NCBI GenBank assembly: GCA_030667985.1
Contig: DAOUUU010000001.1
Location: 12,020-76,019 of the forward strand
From: Candidatus Krumholzibacteriota bacterium
GTDB taxonomy: Bacteria; Krumholzibacteriota; Krumholzibacteriia; Krumholzibacteriales; Krumholzibacteriaceae
Reading direction: 5' to 3'
DNA: 64,000 bases
The number at the start of each line of letters is the position of its first letter. The first letter of the stretch is position 1. Made by a program: the position numbers and the translations under genes. This document shows, one piece after another, positions 60,847 through 64,000 of the stretch. Under the pieces are notes generated by a model that saw only the letters and a program-made list of their open reading frames with translations, ran no database searches and was not told the DNA's origin.

Positions 60847-62619
60847 ATGAGAGAGATCAAAGGAAACTGTTCGTTTTGCTCGCTCGCCTGCCCCCTCGTC
60901 TTCAGAGGCGGCGGGAGATCGCCGATGTTCGGGAGCGAGTCCCTCCTGACCCTCGATTGGGACACTGGTGAGGGCTCGAAATACGGAGGGAGCCTCTGCG
61001 CCCGCGGCAGCGCGGCCGTGGAGTTCGTATCGCATCCGGACCGTATGAACTATCCGTGGATCCTCGGTGAACGCTCGGTCATGCATGCTGCGGTCAGCGA
61101 AACGGCGAAAAACCTGATTGCTATAAAGGAAGAATTCGGAAGCGACAAAATCGGTCTTCTGATCGGCGATAACTTGACGGTTGAAGAGGCGTCGCTGGCG
61201 CGCATGTTCGCAAAAGAGGTTCTCGGGACCGAGAACGTAGCTCTCTTCGCGCCGGATGATATGCCGATCTTCAGGGGCTACACCGGCTGTGACCTCTCCA
61301 GCGTGAAAGCTTCGGGCGCCAAGCCGGAGGGCGACCGTGAAGTCGCACTTATCGTCGGGGATTCGTTCGCGGACCATCCCTGCACGGCGAAGCTGGTTCT
61401 GCCGGGCAAGTACGGAACGCGTGGTAGCGAGATCATCGTCATCTCTCCCGAGCGCGGCAACACGGCCTGGTTCGCCAACAGGCACCTCAGGTGCGCGCCC
61501 GGCGGCGACACGGCTGTTCTGGCAGGGCTTCTCAAGGCTCAGCTCGAAAAGGGAGCCGGTAGTGTGCCGGCCGAATTCCAAAAGCTGGTGGAGGGTTTGA
61601 GCTGGAACGAGATCGAGAACCTCTCCGGCGTCGGCAAGGATCAGATGGTCCTGGCGGCCGAGTCGATGCTCGGCGCTGCGAAAGTAAGAACATACGTATC
61701 CAATATATACGGTCGTTTCGGCAATCCGGCACTCTCCGTTCTATTTGCCGAAGCGGTGGCGCGCCTCTGCCCGGGGCTCGAGACCTTCACGCCTCAGTTC
61801 GTTCAGCAGAACACATGGGGTGTCTATGCGGCCCTCGCCGGCACGAACAGCAGCGACGTGATCGAAAAGCTGAGCAAGGGAGAATTGAAAGCGCTCATAA
61901 TACTGGGACTCGATATATTCAGCGCCTCTCCGGCCGCGCCGGTCGAGAAGGCCCTGCGAGAGAAGAAATTCACAGTTACGACACAACTGTTCTGGAACCA
62001 GACCGCATCCCGGGCCAACGTTGTGATCCCCGCGGCGGCACTAGTGGAGAAGAAGGGGACGGTATGGCCCGAGTTCGGCGAGGATTTGAAACGGGACGGC
62101 CTGCTCGAATCACCGGGAGGAACTATAAGCGACGCGGGTTTCCTGAAGCTCCTGTCGAAAGAGATGGGCACAGAGCTTGGAGAGCCGCCGGCCGTCACCG
62201 AACCGGCCAGAAGCGGTTCCTGCGACTGGGTGGTCCTCGAGTGGAGTTCCTACGCGGGGCTGCTCAAGGAGCTCAACCTCGCAGATACGGTGCTTATACC
62301 CTGGAGCGATCCGGTCCATGTAGGCGACGGGTCCTTGAGCAGGAAGTTTCATTGGTCTCACATGTCGAGGCCCGAACCGGTGCTCATGGTTTCGAACGAG
62401 CTGGCCGATTCTTTGGGGCTCGATGACGGCGATACGGCGACCGTAACCTCGAGCGCCGGCGAGGCGGCTTTACAGATACAGAAAACTGACAAGCTGTCGG
62501 GAAAAGTGGTTGGAGCCACGATTCACTTCCCGAAGGTGCGCAAGCTCTTTCCCTGGAAGCTGGACGAGAAGACGGGGGAGATATGCCTGGCGCCGATTTC
62601 TGTGAAGGTCACCCGGTAG
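60847..62619 (+). CDS. Molybdopterin oxidoreductase catalytic subunit, FdhF-like formate dehydrogenase (Cys-type)
   Basis: The N-terminal CSFCSLAC motif is a CxxCxxxC [4Fe-4S] site. MopB domain; Cys in SLCARG at the position where Sec occurs in Sec-FDHs. No internal stop. Confidence 0.75.
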   Translation: MREIKGNCSFCSLACPLVFRGGGRSPMFGSESLLTLDWDTGEGSKYGGSLCARGSAAVEFVSHPDRMNYPWILGERSVMHAAVSETAKNLIAIKEEFGSDKIGLLIGDNLTVEEASLARMFAKEVLGTENVALFAPDDMPIFRGYTGCDLSSVKASGAKPEGDREVALIVGDSFADHPCTAKLVLPGKYGTRGSEIIVISPERGNTAWFANRHLRCAPGGDTAVLAGLLKAQLEKGAGSVPAEFQKLVEGLSWNEIENLSGVGKDQMVLAAESMLGAAKVRTYVSNIYGRFGNPALSVLFAEAVARLCPGLETFTPQFVQQNTWGVYAALAGTNSSDVIEKLSKGELKALIILGLDIFSASPAAPVEKALREKKFTVTTQLFWNQTASRANVVIPAAALVEKKGTVWPEFGEDLKRDGLLESPGGTISDAGFLKLLSKEMGTELGEPPAVTEPARSGSCDWVVLEWSSYAGLLKELNLADTVLIPWSDPVHVGDGSLSRKFHWSHMSRPEPVLMVSNELADSLGLDDGDTATVTSSAGEAALQIQKTDKLSGKVVGATIHFPKVRKLFPWKLDEKTGEICLAPISVKVTR

Positions 62620-62633
62620 AGAGAGAAAAGATA

Positions 62634-63113
62634 ATGGAGAAGAGAGTCTACATAAACATGAACCTGTGCACCGGCTGCCGCTCCTGCGCTGCGGCATGCG
62701 CCCAGGGGCATCACCAGCAGGGACTTCTCAAGCACGGGGCGGTTCAGGAAGCGGCTATGCTGCCGATGCACTGCAGGCATTGCGACACGCCCCTCTGCCT
62801 CGAGGTCTGTCCCCAGGAAGCGATCAAGAAGGACGAGAACGGGACGATAGTGCGGATGACGCACCTCTGTATCGGCTGTAAGTCCTGCATCATGTCCTGC
62901 CCCTTTGGCGTCATGTTCATGTATTCCGTGTGGCACGTTTCGCCGAAGTGCGATCTTTGTCACGACCGACTCGAGGAGGGCAAGGAGCCGCGGTGCGTGG
63001 CGACCTGCACCTCGGGAGCGCTCGTCTTCGAGGAACTGACCGAGCTGGAGAAGAAACAGAAACGAGCGGTAGAAGGCGGCAGGTATTACGCCCGGTTCAT
63101 GCTCAACCGTTAG
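62634..63113 (+). CDS. 4Fe-4S ferredoxin-type electron-transfer subunit (HycB-like)
   Basis: Four CxxCxxCxxxCP-type clusters (CTGCRSCAAAC, CRHCDTPLCLEVCP, CIGCKSCIMSCP, CDLCHDRL..C). Confidence 0.8.
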   Translation: MEKRVYINMNLCTGCRSCAAACAQGHHQQGLLKHGAVQEAAMLPMHCRHCDTPLCLEVCPQEAIKKDENGTIVRMTHLCIGCKSCIMSCPFGVMFMYSVWHVSPKCDLCHDRLEEGKEPRCVATCTSGALVFEELTELEKKQKRAVEGGRYYARFMLNR

Positions 63114-63125
63114 CGGAGAGATGAA

Positions 63126-64000
63126 ATGCTGGATCCTATTTACATAGTCTATTACCTGATTTTTCCCGGTTTCCTGTTCACGGCGGTAGCGGGGCTCTTG
63201 ACGACCTGGGTCGACCGGAAGGTCTCGGCGCGTGTGCAGTGGCGCGTAGGGCCGCCCTGGTTCCAACCCTTCGCCGACATGATAAAGCTGCTCGGCAAGG
63301 AGGTCATCGTGCCCGTGGGCGCCAGGAGAACCGGATTCCTCCTATGGCCCGTTGTGGGATTGGCCGCGGCCACGCTGGCCTCGATGATTCTTTGGCTCTC
63401 GAATCTCTGGCCCGGCACGTCGTTCGTGGGAGACACGATCGTGGTTATTTATATAATGACGATACCGGCGATATCGATGATCCTCGGAGCCAGCGCGTCC
63501 TCTAACCCCCTGGGGATAGTGGGCGCGAGTAGAGAGATGAAACTGCTTTTTGCCTACGAGCTCCCTCTGGTCATCGCAGTTCTCACCACCATATACAAGG
63601 TCGGCAGCTTCTCCTTTCAGGCCGTGCTAGCGCACCAGGCCCAGGAGGGGGTCATGCTGGGGAGCGTGTCCGGCGTGATTGCCTTCATAGTCGCGATATT
63701 CTGCACCCAGGCAAAGCTGAACCTCCTGCCCTTCGACATACCAGAGGCGGAAACGGAGTTGGCGGGCGGCTCGCACATCGAGTACTCGGGCGCCGCTCTG
63801 GCGGTGGTGAAGCTCAACATGGCGATAATGTTTTTTGTCATGCCGGTCTTTCTCATCACGGTTTTCTGGGGCGGGATAGCATTTACCGGCTGGCACATTC
63901 TGACTTCGATCCTCAAGTATGTGGCGATCGTGGTCATTCTCGTTTTGATAAAGAATACGAACCCGAGGGTTCGTATAGACCAGGCGGTCCGTTTTTTCTG
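63126..64000 (+). CDS. Membrane subunit of formate hydrogenlyase / group-4 hydrogenase (HycD/HyfC/NuoH family), 5' part
   Basis: Runs to the window end without a stop. NuoH/HycD motifs RKVSARVQWRVGP and P.QPFADMIKL.GKE, and multiple TM helices. Confidence 0.8.
   Translation, partial: MLDPIYIVYYLIFPGFLFTAVAGLLTTWVDRKVSARVQWRVGPPWFQPFADMIKLLGKEVIVPVGARRTGFLLWPVVGLAAATLASMILWLSNLWPGTSFVGDTIVVIYIMTIPAISMILGASASSNPLGIVGASREMKLLFAYELPLVIAVLTTIYKVGSFSFQAVLAHQAQEGVMLGSVSGVIAFIVAIFCTQAKLNLLPFDIPEAETELAGGSHIEYSGAALAVVKLNMAIMFFVMPVFLITVFWGGIAFTGWHILTSILKYVAIVVILVLIKNTNPRVRIDQAVRFF

Noticed and set aside
60847-62619. Possibility of a selenocysteine UGA in the FdhF-like gene
   Set aside because: The ORF has no internal stop, and the Sec-equivalent position carries Cys (SLCARG).

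Overview
The window is the chromosomal replication-origin neighbourhood of a high-GC (~58-60%) bacterium, probably an uncultivated lineage. The only taxonomic clues are a T9SS/FlgD-type C-terminal sorting domain and a DUF1573 protein. Gene order on the minus strand is rpmH-rnpA-yidD-yidC-jag-mnmE-mnmG-rsmG, a lipoprotein, parA-parB, an M23 peptidase and a bactofilin. On the plus strand it is dnaA-dnaN-recF-DUF721-gyrB-gyrA, a secreted repeat protein and hflX. DnaA-box clusters lie on both sides of dnaA, and the dnaA-dnaN spacer carries an AT-rich element with a (TAC)5 trinucleotide run. Upstream of parAB are mfd, a MoxR-DUF58-BatA/vWA operon, three tandem parvulin chaperones, pdxA (partial), an S9 peptidase and a divergent hsp20. 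Downstream are peptidases, outer-membrane proteins and an alcohol dehydrogenase. A four-gene cobalamin module follows: corrinoid protein, MetH-like homocysteine-binding methyltransferase, MetH-like reactivation domain and a non-Pyl MttB-family methyltransferase. Then come nadA-nifU-nifS. A DUF1573 gene is interrupted by one in-frame TGA at the first Cys of its conserved CGC motif, making it a candidate selenoprotein; a thioredoxin-like gene sits next to it. The window ends in a formate-dehydrogenase/hydrogenase-type cluster (AsrAB/HydBG-like, FdhF-like Cys form, HycB, HycD). No tRNA, rRNA, CRISPR array or obvious mobile element was found.
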